From: an uncultured cyanobacterium
GTDB lineage: Bacteria; Cyanobacteriota; Cyanobacteriia; Cyanobacteriales; CAWCAG01
Direction: 5' to 3'
NCBI GenBank assembly: GCA_963803805.1
Contig: CAWDOD010000010.1
Location: 128,001 to 192,000, forward strand
DNA length: 64,000 bases
The stretch's first letter is position 1. Each line of letters begins with the position of its first letter. Shown one piece after another: positions 30,760-40,502 of this stretch. Under the pieces are notes generated by a model. It made no database searches. It was not told the origin of the DNA and worked only from the letters and a program-made list of their open reading frames with translations. A program made the translations under genes and the position numbers.

Positions 30760-32097
30760 ATGCAAACTTCTGATACGTCTCCAGCAACCTTTGGTGGTTT
30801 TGATACAGAAAACCCTCCCCAGCAAACATTAATTGATAGCTGCGTTCACTGCGGATTTTGTCTTGCTACTTGTCCTAGTTATCGTGTTATTGGCAAGGAA
30901 ATGGATTCTCCACGAGGGAGGATTTACCTTATGGATGCAATTAATAAAAATCAAGCCGAACTAAACGTTGCCACCTCCCAGCATTTTGATTCTTGCTTAG
31001 GATGTTTAGCTTGTGTTTCTACTTGTCCTTCTGGAGTAGAGTATGGCAGATTGATTGCAGCTACTCGCTCTCAAGTGGAGAGAAATCAACCCCGTAGTTT
31101 GGCAGATCGCTTACTTAGGAAGCTAATTTTCAGTCTTTTTCCTTATCCCCAGCGTTTACGCTTTTTACTAGCACCTTTATATTTATATCAACAATCTGGT
31201 CTACAAAACTTTGTCCGTGCTACTAATTTCCTTAAGAAGTTTGCCCCTCGTTTAGGGGCTATGGAGTCGATTTTACCAAAAATCACCCTAGACTCTTTTC
31301 AAGATAACTTACCACAAATTATCCCAGCCCAAGGAAAAAAGCGTTACCGGGTTGGTATGATTCTTGGTTGCGTACAACGTTTATTTTTCTCTCCTGTTAA
31401 TGCTGCAACCGTAAGAGTATTAACAGCTAATGGCTGTGAGGTGGTAATTCCCCCTAAGCAAGGTTGTTGTGCTGCCTTACCTGCTCACCAAGGGCAAGAA
31501 GGGCAAGCACAAACCTTAGCAAGGCAAATGATTGATAGTTTTGCGGATGAGGAGCTTGATGCAGTGATTATTAACGCTGCTGGTTGCGGTCATACATTGA
31601 AAGAATACGACCATATTTTAGCAGAAGATCTACAATACGAACAAAAAGCTGAGGAGTTTGTGGCTAAAGTGAAGGATGTACAGGAATTCTTGGCAGAAGT
31701 GGGGTTGATAGCCAAGCTGCATCCTTTGACTGATGGGGAATTGGACCTAGTTTACCAAGATGCTTGTCACCTCTTGCACGGACAAAAAATTAGCTTACAA
31801 CCCCGTCAGTTATTGAGGCAAATTCCGGGAGTGAAGTTAAAAGAACCCCTTGATGCAGCTTTGTGTTGTGGTAGTGCCGGGGTCTATAATCTGCTCCAAC
31901 CAGAAGTAGCTGATGAGTTAGGGGAACAAAAAGTAGCTAATTTGGTTAATACTGGTGCAGAATTAATCGCTTCTGCTAATCCTGGTTGTTCTTTACAAAT
32001 TAAAAAACACCTCGATTTGCAGGGGAAGAATATAGAGTTAAGACATCCGATGGAATTGCTAGATTATTCAATTCGGGGCGTACAATTACATTTTTAA
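30760..32097 (+). CDS. glcF: Glycolate oxidase iron-sulfur subunit
   Basis: CVHCGFCLATCP, SPRGRI, CLGCLACVSTCPSGV, two CCG-type domains. Confidence 0.93.
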   Translation: MQTSDTSPATFGGFDTENPPQQTLIDSCVHCGFCLATCPSYRVIGKEMDSPRGRIYLMDAINKNQAELNVATSQHFDSCLGCLACVSTCPSGVEYGRLIAATRSQVERNQPRSLADRLLRKLIFSLFPYPQRLRFLLAPLYLYQQSGLQNFVRATNFLKKFAPRLGAMESILPKITLDSFQDNLPQIIPAQGKKRYRVGMILGCVQRLFFSPVNAATVRVLTANGCEVVIPPKQGCCAALPAHQGQEGQAQTLARQMIDSFADEELDAVIINAAGCGHTLKEYDHILAEDLQYEQKAEEFVAKVKDVQEFLAEVGLIAKLHPLTDGELDLVYQDACHLLHGQKISLQPRQLLRQIPGVKLKEPLDAALCCGSAGVYNLLQPEVADELGEQKVANLVNTGAELIASANPGCSLQIKKHLDLQGKNIELRHPMELLDYSIRGVQLHF

Positions 32098-32519
32098 GAA
32101 GGTTTCAGGCTCTTTATAAACTCTACCTTAATTCTTGAAGAAGGATAAAGTAGTAAAATTTCTTATGGTTTCATGTTTTTTTTATGTTGTAATATTGAGA
32201 TTAGATACTACGCTTCTCTACCTGAAAATCAGCATTTCCTCAGTTTTGACTCCAAACTAGAGCAAGAGCTATCAGCAAAGTGAAGTTAACAGGCTCCATT
32301 GCATAAAACAAAGTTGTTATACAGTAGGCGAAAGAACGAGAGTACTAATAAAGGGAAAAATAATAAATCTCTAACCGTCTCCTAATTAAATAGTTTGGAC
32401 TCTGATAACTATTAGTCAGTTGGATTTAGTGCTATCAACCGATGGCACCTTAAATACTATGCAAATATATCCTCCTAATGGTTGCCTTTTAATTGCTAAG
32501 CAACCAAGGCTGACAACCA

Positions 32520-32999
32520 ATGACTACTATCAAAAAATTAAGCATGGATGTTAATCAAATAAACAATTCCTCTTCTCCCCCGGCGGCAAAAAAGCCTCCC
32601 CTTATTTTAGTAGTAGAAGATAATCAAGATAATCTTTTACTTATTTCCTATGCTTTGATAGTTTTCAACTATACTTTTATTACCGCAGTTAATGCTCCGA
32701 CTACTTTAACCCTAGCTAGGAAATATCAGCCTGATCTAATTTTGCTAGATATTGTTCTATCGGGGATCAATGAAGTTAAGTTGATTTATAATTTAAAACA
32801 AAATTACCAAACTAGCCATATACCAATTATTGCTGTAACTGCTTTAGCTATGGAACAAGATAGTACTGGTTTGATGAGATCAGGCTGTGATGATTATCTA
32901 CGCAAGCCTTATTTACTCAATGATTTGAAAAATAAGATATCTCAGCATCTATCTCCTGTGGAGCAGTCAGCTTACAAAAATTTCTATAAACTTTTGTAA
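32520..32999 (+). CDS. Single-domain response regulator (CheY/DivK-like)
   Basis: ILVVEDN, PDLILLD, IPIIAVTA, DYLRKP. Confidence 0.9.
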   Translation: MTTIKKLSMDVNQINNSSSPPAAKKPPLILVVEDNQDNLLLISYALIVFNYTFITAVNAPTTLTLARKYQPDLILLDIVLSGINEVKLIYNLKQNYQTSHIPIIAVTALAMEQDSTGLMRSGCDDYLRKPYLLNDLKNKISQHLSPVEQSAYKNFYKLL

Positions 33000-33073
33000 C
33001 AAAAATCTCTGATTTGCAGAAAATTTGGATTCCTCTGTTGAAAGAAAGTATTTATAAGACCTTGGATGTTCTT

Positions 33074-33102
33074 ACCGTCCCCCTTGGTGGGGGCGGTTTT
33101 TT
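33074..33102 (+). terminator. GC-rich hairpin with T tract
   Basis: ACCGTCCCCC-ttggt-GGGGGCGGT-TTTTT. Confidence 0.7.
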
Positions 33103-33181
33103 GCTGACTTAATTCTAACAACAAATATGCCCTATTTTTTGGTTTAGCATTAGGGTGCTGATTTATAGTAACTAACTTAGC

Positions 33182-35251
33182 ATGGAACAAATCCTCAAAC
33201 TAATCCCAAACAGCCCTATTGTTGGCTTTACCATACTTCTTTTAGTCATATTGACTGTACCACCCATCTTTGAAAGGTTGCGTCTTCCTGGATTAGTGGG
33301 ATTGCTAGTAGCTGGAGTCTGCCTTGGATCTAGTGGGTTAGGTTTGCTAAATGCAGAATCAGAGATGATGAAACTGCTTTCGGATATAGGCAAAATATAT
33401 CTGATGTTTGTTGCTGGTTTAGAAATTGATTTAGAAGATTTCCGTAAAACGAAAAACCGTTCTTTGGGTTTTGGGATGGCTACCTTTTTGATCCCCCTAA
33501 TTTTTGGTACTTTCGTAGGCCAGTTATTTGGTTTAAGCTTCAATGCTTCGATTTTAGTGGGTTCCTTACTTGCTTCTCATACTCTTTTGGGTTATCCCAT
33601 TGTGAATCGTTTGGGGGTGGCAAATAATGAAGCAGTTACTGTTACTATCGGAGCAACAATTTTTACTGATATTGCTGCCCTTTTAGTTTTGGCTATTTGT
33701 ATATCTATTCATGGGGGCGATTTTTCAACAACTAGTCTAGTTATGCAGTTAGGGGCTTTAGCTATTTACTCAGTAATTGTCCTGTTTGGTTTCGATTGGG
33801 CAGGTAAGGAATATTTTCGTCGTACCGGAGAAGATGAAAGTAATCAGTTTTTGTTTGTTCTTTTAGCTGTATTTTTAGCTGCGGTGGGGGCGCAACTCAT
33901 TCAAGTAGATAAAATTGTCGGGGCTTTTTTAGCAGGTTTGGCTGTTAATGATGTGGTAGGTAGAAGCCCAGTTGAAGAAAAAGTAGAGTTTGTGGGCAGT
34001 ACTTTATTTATTCCTTTTTTCTTCGTTGGTATGGGGCTACTTCTTGATGTAGCTGGTTTAGTAGATTCTTTGACTTCTAACCTAGTGATGACTTTAGCAA
34101 TTGTTGGAGCCTTAATTAGTAGCAAATTTTTGGCTGCTTTGGTAACCAAAGTTCTCTATCACTACAGTTGGGATGAAACTTTGACCATGTGGTCTTTATC
34201 TTTACCCCAAGTGGCTGCTACCTTAGCAGCAGCCCTGGCAGCTAAAGAGGCTGGTTTAATTGAAGATTCAGTGTTTAATATTGTCATCGTTTTGATGCTA
34301 GTAACATCAATTCTCGGCCCAGTTATAACAGCCAAGTATGCTAGAAAAATATCGCCACCAAAAGCACCTCTTCAAACAGAATATGAAAGTTGGGGAACAA
34401 CTAAAACGTCTTTATCTGTTCAGCTTGAAGAAGATAGTGTTTTCACTGTCTTAGTTCCGGTGTACAATCCCCATACTGAAAGGTATTTAATTGAGATGGG
34501 GGCTTTGTTAGCCCGCCATGAGTCAGGTATTATAGTTCCTCTTTCTGTGGCTAAAGCCCGTGTCAATATGGATGAACCGGAATTAAATGCTATTTTGAAG
34601 AAAAGCAAGAAGTTGCTCCAGCGATCGCTAGAAGTAAGTAAAGAGTTTGGGGTAGAGGCTAAGCCAGCAATCCGCATTGATGAAGATACAGCACAGGGTA
34701 TTAGCCGCGCAGCTAGGGAACAAGATGCCGATCTGATTATTATGGGTTGGAGTCCTACGAGGAGTTTGCAAGCTCGCTTATTTGGTAATCTTATTGATAA
34801 CGTTTTTTGGTCTGCCCATTGTCCAGTGGCAGTGATGCGCTTGTTGGATGAACCCATAGATATCCAAAGTGTTTTAGTACCTATTAAAAACCTCACACCT
34901 CAAGCTTTGCACGTTATTAAGTTTGCTCAATTGTTTGCCGATACTAATCAGGCTAAGATTACTTTGCTACATATATGCGATCGAAAAACTCCCCAAAAGC
35001 AAGTTGATGAGTTTGAATCTGAACTATCTAAAATCCTTGTATCCAATCAATTTGAAGTGAATTTAACCGTTGAAACTCTACGCCGAGATGATGTTGCTAG
35101 TGCAATTATTAATGCAAGCCATTCTTGCGATTTGGTGATTTTACGTTCTATACGTCGTCGTACTGCAGGAGGACTTGCAGTTAGCGATATTACTACGAAG
35201 ATTATGCCTAAACTTACCTGTTCTATGATTCTGTTTGGGGAACCTAATTAG
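33182..35251 (+). CDS. CPA2 cation:proton antiporter with C-terminal USP-like domains
   Basis: LMFVAGLEID, IFTDIAALL, IVGAFLAGL, FIPFFFV; cytoplasmic ADLIIMG...LFG...AHCPVAV. Confidence 0.93.
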   Translation: MEQILKLIPNSPIVGFTILLLVILTVPPIFERLRLPGLVGLLVAGVCLGSSGLGLLNAESEMMKLLSDIGKIYLMFVAGLEIDLEDFRKTKNRSLGFGMATFLIPLIFGTFVGQLFGLSFNASILVGSLLASHTLLGYPIVNRLGVANNEAVTVTIGATIFTDIAALLVLAICISIHGGDFSTTSLVMQLGALAIYSVIVLFGFDWAGKEYFRRTGEDESNQFLFVLLAVFLAAVGAQLIQVDKIVGAFLAGLAVNDVVGRSPVEEKVEFVGSTLFIPFFFVGMGLLLDVAGLVDSLTSNLVMTLAIVGALISSKFLAALVTKVLYHYSWDETLTMWSLSLPQVAATLAAALAAKEAGLIEDSVFNIVIVLMLVTSILGPVITAKYARKISPPKAPLQTEYESWGTTKTSLSVQLEEDSVFTVLVPVYNPHTERYLIEMGALLARHESGIIVPLSVAKARVNMDEPELNAILKKSKKLLQRSLEVSKEFGVEAKPAIRIDEDTAQGISRAAREQDADLIIMGWSPTRSLQARLFGNLIDNVFWSAHCPVAVMRLLDEPIDIQSVLVPIKNLTPQALHVIKFAQLFADTNQAKITLLHICDRKTPQKQVDEFESELSKILVSNQFEVNLTVETLRRDDVASAIINASHSCDLVILRSIRRRTAGGLAVSDITTKIMPKLTCSMILFGEPN

Positions 35252-35496
35252 TAAGTAATAAGTAATAAGTTGGGGTAGGGAGCAGATGGCAGTAGCTACT
35301 TTCCTTTTACCTTATAAGGGATTATGTATTTACGAATCTAATGTTATTCATTAATTTGACTAATGTGAAAAGTCTGATTAAGCAACTATAATTAAATACA
35401 TTATATAAGATATCAGAATTTTTTTAAATTTCTCCCGCCAGGGAATCTACTACAAGGAAAATTGAATAGAAAGCTCATAAAAACCGTGACTATAAA

Positions 35497-37125
35497 ATGA
35501 TAGCATTAAGAACAGCCGTTTCAGCTAATTTTTTTTCTCATAGCAAATATCTCTTTGGCAAACCAGGATTACTTGGATTACATTTTATCTCTGGAACTTT
35601 AATTATCCTGTCCTATTACTTTGCAGCTTTTGCAATTATTTATTTTACTCAAAATAAAAAAAACTTACCAAACCAAACTTCAAGTTTACTAACTGGTACA
35701 TTTATTGTTTTTGCCTCTTGTGGAACTCAACATTTAGTAGAAGTCGTAGCTATTTGGTATCCTGTTTACTGGATTTTGGAACTAGCACAAGCTATTCATG
35801 CCACAGCTACTGTGTTTGTCTTCCCTTTCCTGTTTTTCCCTTTACTACCAGATTTGTTTTTTTATGAACATAAAAAGAGTAATTGTTTAGACTGTAACCA
35901 AGAAAGCTATTTAGCTGGTTTAAGGAGTGGGGAATTAATTGTTCCAGAAATAGTAGCAAAGTTTTGTAATCAAAGTTGGGAAGTTATTCAAAACAAAAAC
36001 ACCAAGAAGCATCAACAATTATTAGATTATACTGATAGCAAATATCACTTTTTTGAGGGTATTGAATCTCCTATTTTTAGTATTCAAGATGAAACTCCAG
36101 CCCCAGTTGGCATTAGTGTTGAGATTAAACAATGCCATAGAAAGGAACAGGAATTGCAGGAAAGAGTTGAGGAACTTGCTTCAGAACTTTCTCATGCCAA
36201 TGAAAAACTACACAAATCGGAAGATGAACTGCGCCAAAAATCTAGAGAATTAGAAATTACTTTATATCAGTTAGGACGAACTCAAACTCAATTAGTACAA
36301 ACCGAAAAAATGTCTAGTTTAGGGCAGTTAGTCGCTGGAGTTGCCCATGAAATAAATAACCCAGTTAATTTCATTTACGGGAATTTAGTACCTGCTCAAG
36401 AATATACCAAGGATTTATTAAAACTTCTCAGTCTATATCAAAAATACTATCCTGAACCCCAAGTTGAAGTCCAAGAATTTGCTAGAAAAATTGAACTCAA
36501 TTTCCTGATTCAGGATTTGCCTAAAGTTTTAGATTCTATGTATATGGGAGCAGAACGTATCCGAGAAATTGCTCTTTCCTTGCGTAATTTTTCTCGCCAG
36601 GAACAAAAGGTAATGAAAAAGGTGAATATTGAAGAGGGAATTGAGAATACTTTAATGATTCTCTGTAATCGTCTCAAGGCTCAAGCTAATTTTCCTGGGG
36701 TTAAAATAGTTAAAAACTATGTAACCCAAAATCCTTTAGTTGAATGTTATCCTGGACAAATCAACCAGGTATTTATGAATCTTCTTACTAATGCTATTGA
36801 TGCCTTAGAAGAGTTATCAACTCTTAAGAATAAGTTTCCTCTTCATGACAGAAGAGGAAATTGGCAACCTACTATTACCATTGGCACGAACTACAGTTCT
36901 GAGTGGGTTATCATTACTATCGCCGATAATGGAGCAGGAATTAAAGAAGAATTACGAACTAAGTTATTCAATCCCTTTTTTACAACTAAACAAGTGGGCA
37001 AAGGAACCGGATTGGGTTTAGCAATTAGTTACCAAATTATTGCTGAAACCCATCATGGCAAACTATATTGTAATTCACACTTAGGTAAAGGAACAGAATT
37101 CGTAATTAAAATCCCTTTAGGTTAG
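35497..37125 (+). CDS. Sensor histidine kinase with degenerate ethylene-receptor-like TM domain
   Basis: H-box [16 protein letters not shown]-box [24 protein letters not shown]-terminal FIV..CGTQH. Confidence 0.92.
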   Translation: MIALRTAVSANFFSHSKYLFGKPGLLGLHFISGTLIILSYYFAAFAIIYFTQNKKNLPNQTSSLLTGTFIVFASCGTQHLVEVVAIWYPVYWILELAQAIHATATVFVFPFLFFPLLPDLFFYEHKKSNCLDCNQESYLAGLRSGELIVPEIVAKFCNQSWEVIQNKNTKKHQQLLDYTDSKYHFFEGIESPIFSIQDETPAPVGISVEIKQCHRKEQELQERVEELASELSHANEKLHKSEDELRQKSRELEITLYQLGRTQTQLVQTEKMSSLGQLVAGVAHEINNPVNFIYGNLVPAQEYTKDLLKLLSLYQKYYPEPQVEVQEFARKIELNFLIQDLPKVLDSMYMGAERIREIALSLRNFSRQEQKVMKKVNIEEGIENTLMILCNRLKAQANFPGVKIVKNYVTQNPLVECYPGQINQVFMNLLTNAIDALEELSTLKNKFPLHDRRGNWQPTITIGTNYSSEWVIITIADNGAGIKEELRTKLFNPFFTTKQVGKGTGLGLAISYQIIAETHHGKLYCNSHLGKGTEFVIKIPLG

Positions 37126-37485
37126 AAGCTCCCGGTAAGCTAAGACGCATTGAAACTGGGATTTCTGACCTTAATTGAATAACTATCAATATCTTTACTG
37201 TTCTCTGTTACCTACCCTCGTAAACCCATTGAAAATCATAAATCAAGCATTAAAGAAAGATTACAGGCTGCTTTAGAAGCAAAGGAAGTTGATGAGGTAG
37301 ATAGTTTTCTTTTAAGTAGTTATCAACGTAAAACCAAAAAGAAAGATAATCTTCCTTTTTAGGGAAACAGTTTTGTAAAATAGTTGTCTAGTATAAAGTA
37401 AACTCCTACAAATGATTTAGTTAAACCCCCTACAGCATGATTTAAAACTTGTTGCTCAACTTTATAAATTAAACCAGGTTTATCT

Positions 37486-38079
37486 ATGTTCTTTCTGATA
37501 ATTGCTTTAATTGACTTACAGCCAATTGAATTGCTATCATTTCGTCTGAATTATAACCAACCTGCTTTAGCAACAGAAGCAGCGTTGATTAAAGCTATAA
37601 ATAATCAACCTTTACCATATTTACCTACAGAAGAAGAGATTTATGAAAATTTTTGTCAAGAAGTTCCTGTAGGTATAGGAATACCAGGTTTTAAACCAGG
37701 TATCAATAAAAACCAAGTATTACAAATGTTTGGCACTCCAGCCAAAATACTACCTGGTTATTGGCAAGATACTATTGCTGTAAGCTATGATTTAATTCCT
37801 GATCGGGTTAGTTTAGGTTTTCTTTTTGATAAAGAATCAAAAATTCTGCGACAAACTGAAGCTGCTTTTGCTAACTCTGTTAAATTAAAGACGGTTATAG
37901 CAACTTTGAATAGTATGTTGGGTTGTGAGATTAATGAAGAAATCAAAGAGGGTTTGAGGAAAGTTTGGCAGGATAAAAATTCTCAATATGGCTTTAATCT
38001 TAATACCTTAGAAGGAATTGTCCAATGGGAAGAACGTAATCGTCTTTATATTGGTATTTGGCAGCAAGATTTACATTAG
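37486..38079 (+). CDS. Hypothetical protein
   Basis: 197-aa ORF; LGFLFD...LRQTEA.F...LYIGIW. Confidence 0.7.
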   Translation: MFFLIIALIDLQPIELLSFRLNYNQPALATEAALIKAINNQPLPYLPTEEEIYENFCQEVPVGIGIPGFKPGINKNQVLQMFGTPAKILPGYWQDTIAVSYDLIPDRVSLGFLFDKESKILRQTEAAFANSVKLKTVIATLNSMLGCEINEEIKEGLRKVWQDKNSQYGFNLNTLEGIVQWEERNRLYIGIWQQDLH

Positions 38080-38176
38080 CTTAATTGAGAATACGGAATA
38101 GAGGTGATTGCAGTTAAATATCTAAATTGATATTGAGGAAAGCTAAGAATATCGAAGTTGAAGCTAAATTAACTGC

Positions 38177-40417
38177 ATGAAAATGAGCGATCGCACCTCT
38201 TTATTTAAACCAATCACTTTACTCACTTTACTTAGTTTGCTGACATGGGTAGAAAAGGCTGATTCTCAGATAATACCCGATAATACCCTGGGTTTAGAAA
38301 GGTCTGTTATTAATACTATTAACCCTTCTACTACAGTAATTCAAGGTGGTGCTGTTCGCAACATTAACTTATTTCATAGTTTTCAGGAATTTAATATTGG
38401 TGGAAATCAAACTGCTATTTTCCAGCAACTTCCTTCAATTGAGAATATTATTACCCGCATCACGGGGGGAAATCCTTCTTATATTTTTGGAACTCTTGGA
38501 GTTCAAAATAACGCTAACCTAATCTTAATTAATCCTAATGGTATTCACTTTGGTCCCGATGCTCAATTAAACTTAGGAGGTTCATTCACTGCAACCACTG
38601 CTGATGCAATTCAATTAGGAAATATTGCCTTTTATAGCGCTATCGATATTGCTAATAGTAGTTTGCTGAATGTGCAACCTGGAGCCTTATTTAACCACGC
38701 CTTGGAAAACCAGCAAAGGCAAATCGCTAGTCAAGCTAATTTAGAGGTTAATATCGGACAAAGTTTAATTCTCCAAGGAGGACAAGTTACTATTGGAGGT
38801 TCTTTAAGCGCGTCAGAGGGCAAAATTCAAATAATCAGTGATCAATCGACTCTCCTAAAAAATGCAACCATTGATGTTTCTACAGATTTGGTAGGAGCAA
38901 TTGCAGGTAATATTATTTTTCAAACGGGAGAAAACCTTACCTTAGAAAACAGCTTCCTCTATAGTGATGGGGAGAAGGGCTCTGCCGGATTAATAGAGGC
39001 AACAGTAGCTAATTCTATCACTGCCATCAATACTGAAGTTAGTTCAATCAGTTTAGGCTTTTCCCGTCGTGGCGGCGGAGGAGAAATTGCTTTTACAGCC
39101 AACTCTGGTTCCCTGAATCTGCAAAATACTATCTTCAGTGCTACAGCTTTCGATAATGGGTTTGCAGGGAACATTAACCTTAAAGCAGGTAAAGACATAA
39201 ATTTAACTAATAATAGCTCATTAGAAAGTGGTGCAGACAAAGGGCAAGCAGGATTAATAGAAGTTCAAGCAGGTAATTCAGTTTTCCTTACTAATAGTAA
39301 AGTTGCCTCAGAAAGCTTTGGTTTTACTGACTTTGCTGATGGAGGAGCAATTCATGTCACGGCTAGTAACGGTTCAATTTTACTCAACAACGGTAAATTA
39401 AGTACTGCGGCTAAAGGGGAAGGATTAGCAGGTATCATTGAACTTAAAGCAGGAAATAACATTACCCTCAGTAATCAAAGTTCCATTTCTAGCAACGCAG
39501 ACTTAGGTGCAGCAGGATTAATAGAAGGTGAAGCTGTTAATAGAATTACCCTCAGCGACAGTACCATCACCGCTAAAACCGTTAGTTTAGATAGCTTAGA
39601 CAGCAACGATAATGAGAACTTCGACTTGGTAGGGGACATTTATTTAAGCAGCAACTATCTCACCTTAAATCGAAGTTCGATCATCGCAGAAACCCAAAGC
39701 GGTATCAGTGGAGATATTACCCTTGATATCTCCCATATTCTCCTTTTGCGTAATGGTAGTAAGATCAGTGCCAGTGCTGGTATTCCTGGGCAAGTTGCCG
39801 GAGATGGGGGCAACATTAACATTATTTCTCAATTTATTGTTGCCCCTCCTGAAGAAAATAGCGACATCACTGCCAATGCTTTTGATGGGGAAGGGGGAGA
39901 AATTATTATTACAGCCACCAGCATTTTCGGCATTGAATTTCGTACAACTCAGAGTTCTTTGAGCGATATTACCGCTTTTTCTAACCTGGGGGCGCAAGCT
40001 AATGGTTTAGTAGATATTGAACTTGGAGAGGTAGATGCAACTCAAGGCTTAAATGAATTGCCAGAAAGCCCCATTGATGTAGCATCATTAATTGACAAAG
40101 ATAGCTGCAATCTTAATAAGGAAGGAAACTTTGCTGATGGTAGTACTTTTGAGATAGTAGGTAAAGGTGGTTTACCTTTATCTCAACAGGGTAGTTTGAC
40201 TCCTGTTAACCCTATGGTAGAGTGGGCAACGGTTGAAGATAATGCAACAGAAAAAGTTGATTCAGTTACAGAAATGCAACCAACATCTCCTGAGAGATTT
40301 GAACAGGCTAGAGGTTGGCAAGTTACTGAGGATGGTAGAATCTTTTTGATTGCTGATGTAGCTCAATTAACAGGGAACAGTGATGGGTTAAATCATCCTC
40401 TTTGTTCAAGTTTCTAA
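38177..40417 (+). CDS. Filamentous haemagglutinin N-terminal (TPS) domain protein
   Basis: Signal peptide, QIIPDNTLG, NLFHSFQEFNI, NPNGIHFG, Gly/Ser/Asn beta-helix repeats, ENSDITANA, EQARGW. Confidence 0.92.
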   Translation: MKMSDRTSLFKPITLLTLLSLLTWVEKADSQIIPDNTLGLERSVINTINPSTTVIQGGAVRNINLFHSFQEFNIGGNQTAIFQQLPSIENIITRITGGNPSYIFGTLGVQNNANLILINPNGIHFGPDAQLNLGGSFTATTADAIQLGNIAFYSAIDIANSSLLNVQPGALFNHALENQQRQIASQANLEVNIGQSLILQGGQVTIGGSLSASEGKIQIISDQSTLLKNATIDVSTDLVGAIAGNIIFQTGENLTLENSFLYSDGEKGSAGLIEATVANSITAINTEVSSISLGFSRRGGGGEIAFTANSGSLNLQNTIFSATAFDNGFAGNINLKAGKDINLTNNSSLESGADKGQAGLIEVQAGNSVFLTNSKVASESFGFTDFADGGAIHVTASNGSILLNNGKLSTAAKGEGLAGIIELKAGNNITLSNQSSISSNADLGAAGLIEGEAVNRITLSDSTITAKTVSLDSLDSNDNENFDLVGDIYLSSNYLTLNRSSIIAETQSGISGDITLDISHILLLRNGSKISASAGIPGQVAGDGGNINIISQFIVAPPEENSDITANAFDGEGGEIIITATSIFGIEFRTTQSSLSDITAFSNLGAQANGLVDIELGEVDATQGLNELPESPIDVASLIDKDSCNLNKEGNFADGSTFEIVGKGGLPLSQQGSLTPVNPMVEWATVEDNATEKVDSVTEMQPTSPERFEQARGWQVTEDGRIFLIADVAQLTGNSDGLNHPLCSSF

Positions 40418-40502
40418 TATCTCTAATGTTATTTTCATGCTATAAAAACGGTGCATTCCCAGAGGTTAAGCAAACCTGACTGAATATTTATTCTTTTTCC
40501 TT

